DNA of 64,000 bases, from NCBI GenBank assembly GCA_030704615.1, contig CM060732.1, forward strand, positions 82,088,001 to 82,152,000, in the 5' to 3' direction. This DNA is from Takakia lepidozioides. Its lineage: Eukaryota > Plantae > Bryophyta. This document shows positions 1 through 11,863 of the stretch, one piece after another (positions within the stretch are counted from its first letter, which is position 1; each line of letters begins with the position of its first letter). The notes below the pieces were generated by a model. The model was not told the origin of the DNA. It ran no database searches and saw only the letters and a list, made by a program, of their open reading frames with translations. The position numbers and the translations under genes are program-made.

Positions 1-1157
1 TGTTAGCGACCACACATTTGACCAGTGGCTACACAAAGCAACCTTCTGGAGCCAGGTAAGATCTGCTATGCGGATTTGTTTGTCAAATGCACTCATGAGG
101 TTCATCCTTTGATTGTTCATCTCGAATCTCATAATGTCCTCAAGCCCAGTTGCAGACCTTTGCTCTTCTGTGTGGGAAGCATAGTACTTTGCTTTCGCCT
201 TCAAACCAGTTTCTGCTATTTCTTGCTGCATACATTACAGGGAAAAAGAATCAAACACTGGCGTTTCTTGATAAAATTTACACTAGCAACAAACAAACAG
301 ATGTCAACAAGCTTACCATGTACATGTAGTCAAGAAAAGCCTCCCTTGTCAGGCTGTACCATGTGCTTGTCTTCTTTTCAGTACACCTCTTCATCTGCTG
401 AGGACTGAGCACGTTCGTGAATGACTCCAGTGGCATCAGCCCTATCTTCTGGATACGGAATAGTGTGTGGCAGAGATTGGTCGTCACATGGGAGGTTTCA
501 TTGGACCTGGAAAAACCTTCAACTCATAAGATGATTTCAAATTGTGGAAACGCAGACCGGAACGGGAATAATGTTGGTAACTTACTTGTTTATGTCGTGC
601 ATGGCTATCAAGAGCTGCGTGACACGTCATTTGTGGTCGAGTACCATGGAAACCACGCTCCAGTGCCATTTGATCTCGTCCGAGTGCAAGCTTGAAATGT
701 AATCCATCTAGGCAAGCAGTCTATGGTTCCCATCCCAGACAAAAAACATCTTTCCCATAAACGCTTTTGTGGAGGCCTTTTTGGACAGCTTGAACTCGAA
801 CTTCCTGTTTACATCCCGCCAGCATGCATCCCAACTTTGCTCTATGTCCTCTGTTACAAGACACTCATCTCTTTTCGTGTTCACAGTGGATACATAGAAT
901 ACTGCAGATCCCTTGATATAGCCGTGAACAAAATCGTTCTTCAACTTCGTGATGTTGTTCCTCAATGCGGGTCGAACCACGGGCATGGAGATCATCCTGC
1001 ATAGTGGGATAACCAGGTTTCCGCTGAGAACCTCCATCGACAGAATCACCTTCGAGGAGTTCACTTTATGCCACCCATAACCTCCTCAGCCTTGTCTTCA
1101 TAATGTCCTTCAAATGATGCTTCCTCACCATCACCTTCTGCCACTGCCGCATCTCCC
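1..1157 (-). pseudogene. Spliced ParB/Sulfiredoxin-like domain gene, disrupted; exons ~1157-586, 506-317, 225-<1
   Basis: ORF 708..1064 ends GKMFFVWDGNHRLLA (ParB/Srx DGxHR motif). The frame continues past stops to ...LLIAMHDINK. GT-AG introns at 585-507 and 316-226 join the exons in frame. Coding sequence is cut at 1157 by a CACTAGAAG start. Confidence 0.6.
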
Positions 1158-1989
1158 CACTAGAAGCATTCGTGTCATTTACCACTGGGGTAATGACTCA
1201 TTTTGAGTCGTAAAAGTCAAAAAACTGGGATCGACTGGAAGTTACAAACGACTAGTTACAACAGACGTGGTAGTTGGGTTGGACATCTAATGATTGGAGT
1301 GGTAAAGGACGCAGACGCGTGAACAACTGTTCAGCGATTAATGCGATTAATGCTGAAGAACCACGTGGCGTAACCAAGCGGGCCGCCCGTGTGTCTGACC
1401 TTTTGGGCTGACTTTGACTTTTCCCTCCGGATGAGTGGACCGACTCACCGAAGCGCGGTGACACATGGACGCGGACGTGGACGCGGACGTGTATGACGAT
1501 GTGGACGCCGACGTGGCGGCACCACGACGAGCAGCACTACGGCCACGTGGCCACGGGCCCGGGGCGCCACGTGGTAGTAGACCACATAACTTGCAGTGCT
1601 ACATGCCCAGTGGCAATTGGCGACGCGGAAGTTGGCGCAACCACTGCTTTACTACTTTACATGAAGTGCTCGAAATTACTTGAACAATCATTCATAGTGA
1701 TTCATGCTTTGGAGTTTTGGTGTTTGTAGTGAGTCGACTAGTAATGCCATACAAGAGAACTAATCATGCATTAGAAATGCACAAACGATGAAAGACATGC
1801 CATGAAACAAAATGAAATGAAAATGAAACAAAATGGTACTTTATTACATCTGCGGAAAGCTCAAAGAGCTTATGGGACAAGTAAAAAAGCAGCCCAAAAG
1901 TTACTGCTGCTCTGGGGATTGCCTAAGGGTCAAGGCCTCGTGCAAGTAAGCTGCCAAACAGTTCTAATCCTCATAATGCAAGACTTCAG

Positions 1990-3090
1990 TGAGTTCCACG
2001 GAATAGACCATCTACCCATGGGGGTTTCTTGTAGTTATTGATCCACAGGGAATCATAGGTAATCTTGTACTTGAAATTTGGCCCTCTAGGATGAATCTGG
2101 ACCACACTCTATCCCTGCTCCTTCAGCTATCCATGCCCCCTGCACAAATCATGCATTCATCCTTGCCTTGCTGCTAGTAGCTGACAATGACAACCTACAT
2201 TTGTTCTAGGAACACCCAACTCAGCTTATCACACTAGTTCCTATGCTTAATTGCGTCTGCTACTCTCTGAAATATAGCAGGCATTCACCTTTTTGCCTCG
2301 GTTGTCCCATCATTGACTGGGGGCAGAAAAGTATTCATTCCACAGCTTCTCCTCATGTCTGTTACTTGTTTTTTGATACTTTCCTGTTGTCACATAGCAG
2401 TATCATGTCAAAGTCACTCCAAACTAGATTCACTCAACCAGCTAACTTGCAGAATTCAACATGGAAATTTTGGGCCGATTCTGATAAGATGGAAAAACAC
2501 GGTGAAATATGCTGAAGAAGATGCCTTCATTATTGTTGTCTGATTTTATCAATTGTGCCGTTGCTGCCAGTTGACCATCTACCCATGCAGGTTTCTTGTA
2601 GCTTCATAGTTAATCTGGAGCTTGAAGTCCGGCCCTCTTGGGTGAATCTGCTCCCACACTCTATCCTTGCTCCTTCAGCTATCCATGCCTCGCACGAATC
2701 ATGCATACAACCTTGCCTTGTTGCTAGCAGTTGACGATGACAGCCTAGACTTATTCTAGGAAGCACCCAACTCAACTTATCACACTAGTTCCTACGCTCA
2801 ATTGCATCTGCTACTCTCTATAATCCAACAAACATTCACCTTCTTGCCTCGATTGTCCCACCATTGACTGGGATCAGAAAAGTATTCATTCCACAACTTC
2901 TCCTCGTATGTGTTACCTGTTTCTGATACTTTCCTGTTGTCACATTAGCATAATCATGTCAAAGTCACTACAAACTATCAAAGCTTCACTCAACCAGCTA
3001 ACTTGCAGAATTTAGACATGAATAATTAGGGGCGATTATGATAAGAGGGGAAAACAAGGTGAAACTGAAGAAGGTGCCTTCATTAGCAGT
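1990..3090 (-). repeat. Two tandem ~540-bp units of an OSB-type PDF-motif gene fragment with intron
   Basis: Units ~1990-2520 and ~2560-3090 are homologous to each other and to 17030-17750 and 46490-47330. The minus strand reads EKLWNEYF.xPSQWWDNRGKK, then an intron, then ..RPxFKxKIT.. Confidence 0.7.
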
Positions 3091-3099
3091 CATTACACT

Positions 3100-3260
3100 C
3101 TATCCTTCGCTCAGCCGTATTGTTGAACACTCCTTGTCCACAAGGGTATTGTTCAGAATGACATCTGCCACAATTCCAGCTTTGACGATGCAACCATGGA
3201 CCTCTTTGCCCTTCCCCAATAGGCTCGCATATGCACTACAAATGCAAACAAAACTGGTTG
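3100..3260 (-). pseudogene. PPR (PLS-class) fragment
   Basis: FVCICSAYASLLGKGKEVHGCIVKAGIVADVILNNTLVD, an L/S-motif PPR signature. Confidence 0.75.
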
Positions 3261-5869
3261 TGGCAAACTGGGAACAATATGTGTCAGAAGAAACCACTGA
3301 TACAAATTTACAGCTTACAGGCTGTCTCTATCCTCAAAATTGGCAGCACATCACCCGCTGCTATGACATATATTGTCCTAGACACACATTGCTCTAACTG
3401 CCATCCCCCAAGATGCTACCCCCACCAGACTTCTCTCACTTGGGTCCTTGCAAGGCTGACTTCCAGCTTTGACTCTGTGCGTGGGGCCTATCGGACAACA
3501 TACACCAGCAAGCCCTCCCCCTATCCTGCATCAATTCATCTCAGTCTTATCAACTGTACAACGTGTGATAGGAGTGAGTGCAACATGGGAAAGAGCCACA
3601 ACACATGATGAGCTGTAGGGAAGAAGCAACGTCGTGCAAGTAAAGCAAATGATGAAGTAGAAAGACGAGGCAACATGGGAGAAGGGAAATGGGGTCCAAG
3701 GGCTGAGAAGGTCAACTGGTCAATAATGAGGAACTGGCTCTGGAGCACTATGTTGATGATTAAAGGGAGTAGCAAATACATGTGGGGCATCACAGCAAAG
3801 TGCATGCCAACGAGGGTCAGAATAGTGCAAGAAAGACTCCACGGATGGTGGGCAGCCAAGGGAGATGCAGTGAGACAAGGCACTCATGGCAAGGGAGCTG
3901 CCAAGACAAAACAGTTGATTAAGCTAAGGAGAAAAAGGAAAGCACAAGATCAACTACGAGGAAAAGTAGCAATTCAGGCATGGGAGCTGCTGCTAAAAAA
4001 TGAGGAGGAAGACATACGAGGTGAAGCATCAAGGGAACCGGTAGAAGATGAGGAAGATGGAGCACACTTTCCTGTCAAAGGTTGGCGGTCGAAAAATGCA
4101 ACCCAGCAATTAGAAAGTGAGGCACCCGAGGCTGGACTGCTGCAAAGAGATACGAAGACACGAGCTGAGAATGAGATGTTGCCTTTCGTTGAAGTTCCCC
4201 ACACAAGGGCTGTTTGGCAAGCAAAACCCCAGGCAAGGATGAGAGGTGAATCTGGGATAAAACCAGCGGCTGGAAGTGAGGAAAGACACAAGGAAGGGCA
4301 ACAATACCTTGTCAAATCTAAGGGTGATGGCTGAAGAAAATTAAACAAGGACTGGAAGTATGGGAGCAGCAATAGCATGAAGAAAAATCTACCTGAAAGG
4401 CTGAAGAGTGAAAGGGAGGAAGACAGGCACCTCGCTTATGAAAAGTGGAAGGGCAGGGTAGAAAACCTGATGCCTGAAACTGATGGGAGCTCGTGGGAGA
4501 CTCTGCCAAGAAGACTCCAATCAGCTGCTGCCAACAATCGGACCAGTGAAAGATCGCCCTTGGCTGGCGCAACACCACGAAATAAATGCAGCCCTGATAG
4601 CATGGTGAGTGGGGCACCAACAAAGCCAGAAAATGAGGGAGAAGGAGGAGACTTCCCTGCCAAGAAAGTCAATGGCGGGCCTGCAGTGGCATGCAAGGAA
4701 AGGGACACTGTAAGTGTTGCCAACATATGCAAATCAGTGCTCATTCATTCGAAAGCACCACGGGAGATGAAGGAAAAGACACTTGCAGGGACGTTGAAGC
4801 ATAAAAGAGGAGAGCACTTCACTTGGGAAGAAAGTGAAGCATTGGAGAACGAGGCTGATAACTGGCAGTCTGAAAAGGAAAGGCGGTTGTAGGAAACCCA
4901 ACCAAGACAACCATATGGAGAGAATCAAGCAGGTGGGAACTGCCCTTCATTGGGGTGGTGCAAACAAGAGCAAGACCAGAAGCTGAACCACATGAGAAGA
5001 TAGTGTGTCATCACAGATGGAGACCCTGGAAAATGCTCTGCCCAGGAGATGAAGAACATTAGGCAACTAGAAACGTGGGGGGCTGGATATGCTCTGCAGT
5101 CAACTTGGCTTGTTGAATGCTTGCATAAGAGATGAGGGGTTGTTGTCAATACACGGCATTGAGTTCATCAAATCCTACAATAGCCCACCATCGCTACCCA
5201 CTACTTACAAACTGCCACAAAAACAGTTTCACAGGACTTACAGATGATTGGTGGAAGGCAAGGCCCCTCGCCATGGGCCAGATTAATTGTATGTTGTAGC
5301 CCAGAACAACGACAGTAGGGCAGCAAACCCCATCTTGGCAGCGTCTTTTGTGTAAGAGAAGTCAGGCTGAACCTGCTCATCATATCGAGTGGGATGGACC
5401 AGATGTAAAGCTGCCAAGCCAACCACACTCATATTCGCACTCAAGCAACATAAGCTGGAGCCATTTTCAGATTATGAGTACCCGTGTTTTAAGAATACTC
5501 CTTCTTCAATTTGCGGTGACGGGCAGAAAACTTCACAATGTGCAGCAGATTAATGGACCAAGATGTGGAGCTGAATTGGGTATCCAGTTGGGCAATGCTG
5601 GTTTCAAAACCCCGTTCCATCCCTGCGTTTCGAAGATCTGGCTTGAATGGGCACATGCACTCCGACAGTGGAAGGCTCATGGAGTAATGAGTTTGGGCTG
5701 ATATGCATGCTGACAGCCATGCCGGTGCAAAAAACAGCGTTCTGAGTGGTGATTGTGATCTCAAAATCTGCCCCTACATTCAAGCTGATTTCTCTCTCGA
5801 GCAGAGCCGCCTTGTGGATGTTCCAGCCAGTGTCCAAAAACAACTCAAGTGCAAGACAACAACATCAGC

Positions 5870-6190
5870 AAGGCATGGTTAGCTAAGCAAGGTCATGGTG
5901 GAGAGGCATTTGAACTCTCTGAACGTAATGTGGTCGGACTTCACCCCCTCCCTCTGCTCATAGGTCTCCAAAACCTGCAATCCCCGCCCCTGTTGTGCAT
6001 GTCTTGCGATCATCACTTTCCACGACACCACATTTTGCTTAGCCATATTGTTGAACACTCCCTATCCAGAAGGGTATTCATGTTCAGAATGACATCTACC
6101 ACAATTCCATCTTTGATGATGCAACCATGGACCTCTTTGCCCTTCTCCAACAGGCTCGTACATGCACTACAAACACAAACAAACGTAATG
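5870..6190 (-). pseudogene. PPR (PLS-class) fragment
   Basis: HITFVCVCSACTSLLEKGKEVHGCIIKDGIVVDVIL, near-duplicate of 3100-3260. Confidence 0.75.
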
Positions 6191-6569
6191 TGCGCGAGAA
6201 GGACGAAGACCAAATCGAGGCCCATGTCCTGTTGTTGCAAGCGTTTATGGCGTCAAGGGCGCATTATGTGCAAATATGGGCTCTTGGCTCCCCTTTGTAC
6301 CATGATTTGGTATTCTTCCTGATGATCACAAGGTTCTTGGGGGAATCAGCTTGGTCTTAGCAGCCCATATTTTAATCTCTGCCCGCTCAGCTACACCGTG
6401 GTGGTTCTTACAAACCAATCCCACATTACCTAACTACCGATACAAGCAGCACGCACAAGAGGTCTTCTTGGGTTCATGGTCAGTCTAATCCGCAATGGGT
6501 CATGACACAAGGTAGAGGACAATGTGGTGAGGGCAGCGTCTTCTTCGAGCTATTTCAGCCTGTTTTGCC

Positions 6570-7085
6570 GAGATGTAGTGTCGTGGAGTGCGATGCTTGC
6601 AGGGTATGCACAGCAGGGACGTGGGATGGAGGCTTTGGAGACCTATGAAGTTGCGAAGGGAGAGTTTGATAACATGGCTGAACGAGATGTTGTCTCAAGG
6701 AACACGCTGAATCTTGCAAGGTATGGCCAGCATGTGTGCGGGATGAGGGCATTGGAGACATATGAGCAAATGTTGCGAGAAGGGGTGCAGCCTGACTGGG
6801 TCACGTTCATTTGTGTTTGCAATGCATATGCAAACCTGGCAGCCCTGGAGACTTGGTAAAGGGCAAAGAGGTCCATCGTGACATCGTCAAAGCTGGAATT
6901 GTACCAGATGTAACAATACCTCGTCGACATGTATGCCAAACGTGGGAGCATTCCCTTGTGGACAAGGAGTGTTCAACAATATGGCTGAGTGAAATGTGGT
7001 GTGGTGGAACGTGATGATCGCAGGACATGCACAACATGGGCGGGGATTGCGGGTTTTGGAGACCTATGAGCAAATGATGTGGGTC
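6570..7085 (+). pseudogene. PPR (PLS-class) fragment, frameshifted
   Basis: RDVVSWSAMLAGYAQQGRGMEALE...MLREGVQPDWVTFICVCNAYANLAAL..KGKEVHRDIVKAGIVPDV. Confidence 0.85.
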
Positions 7086-7654
7086 TAGGGGGCGAACATC
7101 ACTTGCTCGTCTCTCTCTCAAGCCTCCATCCCTCTCCCAACACTTAGACAAATTCAGGCAAAGGACAAAGTTACTCTTCCACCCTTAGATCATTTTACAT
7201 CCGACAATTAGAACAATCTCTACGAGCCACACAAGCCCTAAAATACATTAAAATATTCCACGTCATGAGCCATGTGGAGCACTTATAAAAATTCCATTTT
7301 TAAATAGGGTGTGCAATGAATGCCTAGTTGTTAAGAGTCGTTCTCTAGTGCTTAAAACCACTTGTAATTGTTGTTTTAAGAAAAAACAATTTACGTAATT
7401 GAATTAAATCGCCGCGAATATTGCGCCGACTGCGGAGTCGTTGATGCAACTTCTATCCGCCATTAGAAATGCGAATTTATCCGTTATGACTGTGCAGTAG
7501 TAACAAACATCTCAAAGTTGTTCCCTCAGTGGTTTTGGACATGCAGTCGATTCGGAAAAGACACGAATGCTTCCAGTGCCCCCCACGGATTTTTATTTAT
7601 TTTTCCTCTGCAGAGAATGAATATCCCTGTGAGTGACAGATTGAGCTCCCATGG

Positions 7655-8240
7655 ATCAACCTTGCGTTGACGCAAGGTTGATTGATGGGGATGTAGCTTA
7701 GTCTGAAATGCATACCGGAACAGTCCATTGAACCCACTAAATGCTTTGCGTTGACGCAAGGTTCTTTTGGGGGCTTCAAATAATCAACTTTCCCTACTTT
7801 GCGGTTCATGGCACGGGACTTCGGATGCTGGGAGTGAACAGAAGAGGCATCAAAATCAGCCTCGCGTAAACACAAGGTTGATTCGAGTGCTACATCTGCT
7901 TCGTTTCACCTTCATAAACATACACTTTGGAGGTCGACATCAACCTTGCGTTAACGCAAGGTTGATGTCGAGCTCTCAGATTGGTGTTCAACAAACAAAA
8001 AAACCAAATGGAAAAGGAGATTGCAACCTATGGTTTCTTGTTGGCACTTGATGATGCATCGGGAGCATTCATCTTTTCCATGGCTGCCAAGCGGATACGG
8101 GAGGTGGGAATGAACAAAAAAGGCACACGAATCAACCTCGCGTCAACGCAAGGTTGATTCGAGTGCAGCATCTGCACTCGTTTCATGCCCAAAACATCCA
8201 CTTTGGAGGTCGTTGACGCAAGGTTGATGTCGACCTCTGT
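7655..8240. repeat. Cluster 1 of ~28-bp palindrome ATCAACCTTGCGTTGACGCAAGGTTGAT (about 6 copies)
   Basis: Copies at ~7656, 7745, 7855, 7939, 8131 and 8211 (half copy), separated by 60-170 bp. Confidence 0.85.
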
Positions 8241-9039
8241 GTTTAGCATGGAACAGACAAAAAAAAAAAAAAAAAAAAAAAAGGTTGATAGCCACCTCCG
8301 GTTTCTTCTTTACACTTGATGATGCTCCTGAGGCATTCATCTTTTCCATGAGGTCTGGAGGCAGCATGCTTCCAATGAGGTCCCGGTGGTGCAAAAAAAC
8401 GGCAGACGACAGCATTTCCACGTCCATCTCTCCTCCTTGCTCTCTCAAGACCTGGTTCTCCACTTGCAGTGCTTCCTCCCGAGCCCAGCTGACTTCCTCA
8501 TCCTCCCCCCCCTTCTACTGGAGGTTGCTCTTCGGTCGCCTCCGGGATCACTTCAAGACCTTCCTCTCCAAACTGTGGTTGCAGAATCGGGTTTTGCCCT
8601 TCGTCCTCATCTTCGACGGAGGTTTCTTCTCCCATTCTAAGTTCCCGTCTCACCTTCCTCATCCTCTCCTTAGCGCGTGCCCTTTGCTTGTTTGATGTGA
8701 AATAAAGTGTTCTTCGACGCTTTCTTCTCCCTCGGGATGGGGTCACCGTGTCTGCAGAATCCAGGGTTGCAAGGAGAATAAGGAGAAGTAGGAAAAAAGT
8801 TAATTAGGGCTGACATTATTCACTCCGCATTTGGGCACTCTGTGACCATCCACTTGGTTCACATGGGGACACATTTCTTTGATGTGCCGAACCGCGTTAG
8901 GAGACCTGCATGCGGGAGCGACACCTGCAATTGTGTGTAAGGACGTCTTCTATACAGCCAAAAAACTCCGCTCTAGTACAACCTGCAATCAGAAGCAACA
9001 TTGGATTGTGAACTGTTCGTTTTGAAGCAACATTGACAG

Positions 9040-10282
9040 ATGGCCTCCCACGCCATAGGCTCCCTTGACGCGGACTTCTTCAGTGAGGACCACCCTGTGC
9101 CATTTTCTTACGAGGTGGAAGATGACGGTTTTGCGGTGGTGCATGAACACGTGCTCGCAATGCAGTTTCGGTTGGAAAATGGAACTCTATTCCTTGAGAG
9201 GGAAGTGTACGATGCCAATGGAAAACTGCTCAAGTACGCGTTCCAGAAACCTTCGCATACTGCAACAACCACACAATGGAGAGTGCCTCTAGGCAGATAC
9301 AGGGTGCTCAGTGCTCCTCGGAGACAGTATGCAGGATCGTTCCTTACTCCTGGCACGGCAGCATCAGTGGCCCAGGAGAAAACACCCGTGGTTGTCAAGA
9401 AGGAGTCAAGTACCGTTAACACTGTAGTTGAGCTTTCGGACTCATTCTCCAATGACGCCTGTGAAATACCACCCGTGGATCAGCCATGTCCAGATCAGGA
9501 AGCAGATGTGGAGGAGATCACCAGTGTCATTCCTAAACTGAAAGCCATGGGTGGGATGGCCGGATTCAAGAGTGAGTTGAGGGGGATTGACTGGAGCACT
9601 TTCAATGTTCAGAGGGTGGCATTCTTGCCGGTATCTTTTGATAGTAATACTATTTTCGAGCTACCTCCTCCTGGTCGCGTGGGGGGCATTTCCAGTCTCA
9701 TGGAAGGAATGGACAAAAAGCACGATGGGCACCCTTGGTGCCGCACAAAAACCTCCAATATTCACAACCATGACAACCTCATATTCAGGCGAACGGTCTG
9801 TAATGGGCACCTGAAATGCGAGAACATGAAATGCAGAGACTTCGCACTGTCAGGTGTGCAAAACCAAAGCGAATGGGATGGTGTCACTGAGAATCCATTC
9901 AAGCCTGGGGTGACACCACCATACTATAACACTTTTGTGTGCAAGTTCTGTAGGGTACCACCTTGTTGCCTTGCATTGTGTGGCGCCCAGAATGTACTCT
10001 GTGGTGCATCGATTCAAAACCCTGACTAGAGCCTGTGTCCATTTCGGTTTTCACAACCACCCTGTGTCCAAGGGGGATTACAGGGAGAGCGTTGAGACAA
10101 TCTCGCGTCTGATAAGGCAAGAGTTGGATACCAATCCAACTGGAACCACATCTGCAATTGCCATGGGGGTGAGCAAGTCCTTTCTAGAAAACCGTATTCT
10201 GTGTGCATCGGATTCAGTTGGAGGAAAACTGGAGGGACCAGCTTTGGACATTGTTATGGACCATTTCTCAACTTTGACGCAG
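9040..10282 (+). pseudogene. GCM/WRKY-superfamily-like Zn-binding protein, frameshifted and interrupted by a gypsy fragment
   Basis: W.RTKTSNIHNHDNLIFRRTVCNGHLKCENMKC...CKFC...C, then a frameshift, then ...CVHFGFHNHPV. This Cys/His spacing resembles the GCM DNA-binding domain. Confidence 0.5.
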
Positions 10283-10301
10283 AGCCACCGCCAACGAAAT
10301 A

Positions 10302-11480
10302 GTGTACCGAAAAGATGATGATCTCGGTGAGCCCGATGGGGGCGGCGTGTCACCGAGGCGGCCGTTTGAGGAAGCGATGCATGTTTCCGAAAACGAGGCC
10401 GCCCAAGAGCGGGAGGAATCCGAGGAGTCGGAGCCCGAGGAATCCTTGAGAACTCCGACAAACCAAGAGATGCCTCCCATGCCGGCAGCCTTTTGGGAAG
10501 GGTTGTTGGCGCAGTTTGGCGGGACGTTGAAAGACGTGTTGAAGGCGGCTAATGCCACTTTCGCTAAGGCAAAGTTTAAGGTGAAGCCTAAGGAACCCGG
10601 CACCTTCGAGGGCGTCCGAAATCGGAAGGCACTCAACACCTGGCTCTTGGAGCTAGAGCAGTACTTTCGGGCGGCCAAGTTGAGTGACGAGGATCGGGTG
10701 GAAGTGGCTCCCACCTATTTGAGGGGCTATGCTCAACAATGGTGGCAGAAACGCCTTCACGACCGAGGCCCAAGCCCGGAAACCTTGAACTGGAGTGGGT
10801 TCAAGGAATTGATGAAGAGACAGTTTGTGCCCCTCAACGCGTCCTGGCTTGCCCGGGACAAGATGAGGAATTTGAAGCAAACAGATGACATTCGGGGGTA
10901 TGTCCAGGCCTTCAATGTGCTGTTGCTCGAAGTCGCGGACATGGCAGAACCAGAAATGGTCTTCAACTTTGTGGCGGGACTGGCCCCATGGGCCAGGCGG
11001 AAGTTGGAGGAGAAGCCACCCAAGACTTTGAACGAGGCAATTGAGAGGGCTGAATGTTTCTCGGATGTCCCTAGGGGTGAGAGACAAGGCCGTACGGAGC
11101 TGAACCACAAGAAGACCTGGCGGGAAGGTGACTCCTTCCGACCGGAAAAGAAGTGGGATAGGCGACGCGGCGACAATGGCACGTGGAAATTGAAGGGAGG
11201 GCCTTCACACATCAAGGCGGCACCCGGTGCTTCGAAAGGAAAAGCGGGTGGAGCGGCTTATGGCGGACAGAAGGCGACCTTTGATGGAGTGTGTTTCAAT
11301 TGCGGGGAGCCCGGGCACATGGCCAAGAAGTGCACGAAGCCCCGACAATTGAACATGACTCGGGCGACCACGGAGCTGTCGGAAGATACCATCAGTCGCT
11401 TGGTGGAAGCGGTGGTCGCCAGGACTTGCAAGGTAGGCAAATTTTCTTGTGAGTTGTATCAGGAAACTGGTGCCTTATGA
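10302..11480 (+). CDS. gag: Ty3/gypsy Gag with CCHC zinc knuckle
   Basis: KPKEPGTFEG...WLLELEQYF...YLRGYAQQWW; CFNCGEPGHMAKKC. Confidence 0.9.
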   Translation: MYRKDDDLGEPDGGGVSPRRPFEEAMHVSENEAAQEREESEESEPEESLRTPTNQEMPPMPAAFWEGLLAQFGGTLKDVLKAANATFAKAKFKVKPKEPGTFEGVRNRKALNTWLLELEQYFRAAKLSDEDRVEVAPTYLRGYAQQWWQKRLHDRGPSPETLNWSGFKELMKRQFVPLNASWLARDKMRNLKQTDDIRGYVQAFNVLLLEVADMAEPEMVFNFVAGLAPWARRKLEEKPPKTLNEAIERAECFSDVPRGERQGRTELNHKKTWREGDSFRPEKKWDRRRGDNGTWKLKGGPSHIKAAPGASKGKAGGAAYGGQKATFDGVCFNCGEPGHMAKKCTKPRQLNMTRATTELSEDTISRLVEAVVARTCKVGKFSCELYQETGAL

Positions 11481-11495
11481 AAAGGGAGTCAGTTA

Positions 11496-11807
11496 TTGTT
11501 CGTGGATGGGATAATATCCGGAACTAATGTGTCGTTGTTGGTGGACACAGGAGCGTCGCACTCCTTCATGACACCGGCAACGGCACAAAAGCTGGGACTC
11601 CCGACAAGTGACGTGGGGGCCTCTATTGAGGTGCGTTGTGCCAAAGGAGAACCACAGTTGGCGACAAGGTTGGCGTTTGATATTCCTCTTCAACTGGGGA
11701 GTTGGGAGGGACGTGAGAACTTCACCATCTGCGAGATCGATGGAGTAGATCTCATTTTTGGGATGACCTTTTTTAGACCTCATAGATTTAGTCCGGAGCG
11801 GTCATAG
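11496..11807 (+). pseudogene. Retropepsin-like aspartic protease
   Basis: LLVDTGASHSFM and DLIFGM. Confidence 0.9.
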
Positions 11808-11863
11808 ATGGCCGCAAGAGAGTAGTCACGCTGCCATGTGGGAATGGAGGCGAGGTCTTACGA

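Larger units (their letters stand above)
1158..7350. mobile_element. Putative degenerate CACTA-like element carrying PPR and OSB-PDF fragments
   Basis: Starts CACTAGA (1158) and a TCTAGTG ends at 7350. Cargo is homologous to that of the two well-defined CACTA copies. The TIR match is only 7 bp and the flanks (CCC vs CTT) give no TSD. Confidence 0.35.

Noticed and set aside
3560-5200. ORFs 3675..4334 and 4377..4892 as genes
   Set aside because: Purine-rich and low in information, with no recognisable motif; possibly decayed retroelement sequence but unsupported.
1155-7353. TSD-supported single CACTA insertion
   Set aside because: Flanks CCC vs CTT do not match and the TIR identity is only 7 bp; kept only as low confidence.
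7655-8240. CRISPR array interpretation of the spaced palindromes (also 14128-14782 and 22615-23310)
   Set aside because: Spacer lengths are irregular or spacers are homologous T-tracts, there are no cas genes, and the context is eukaryotic.
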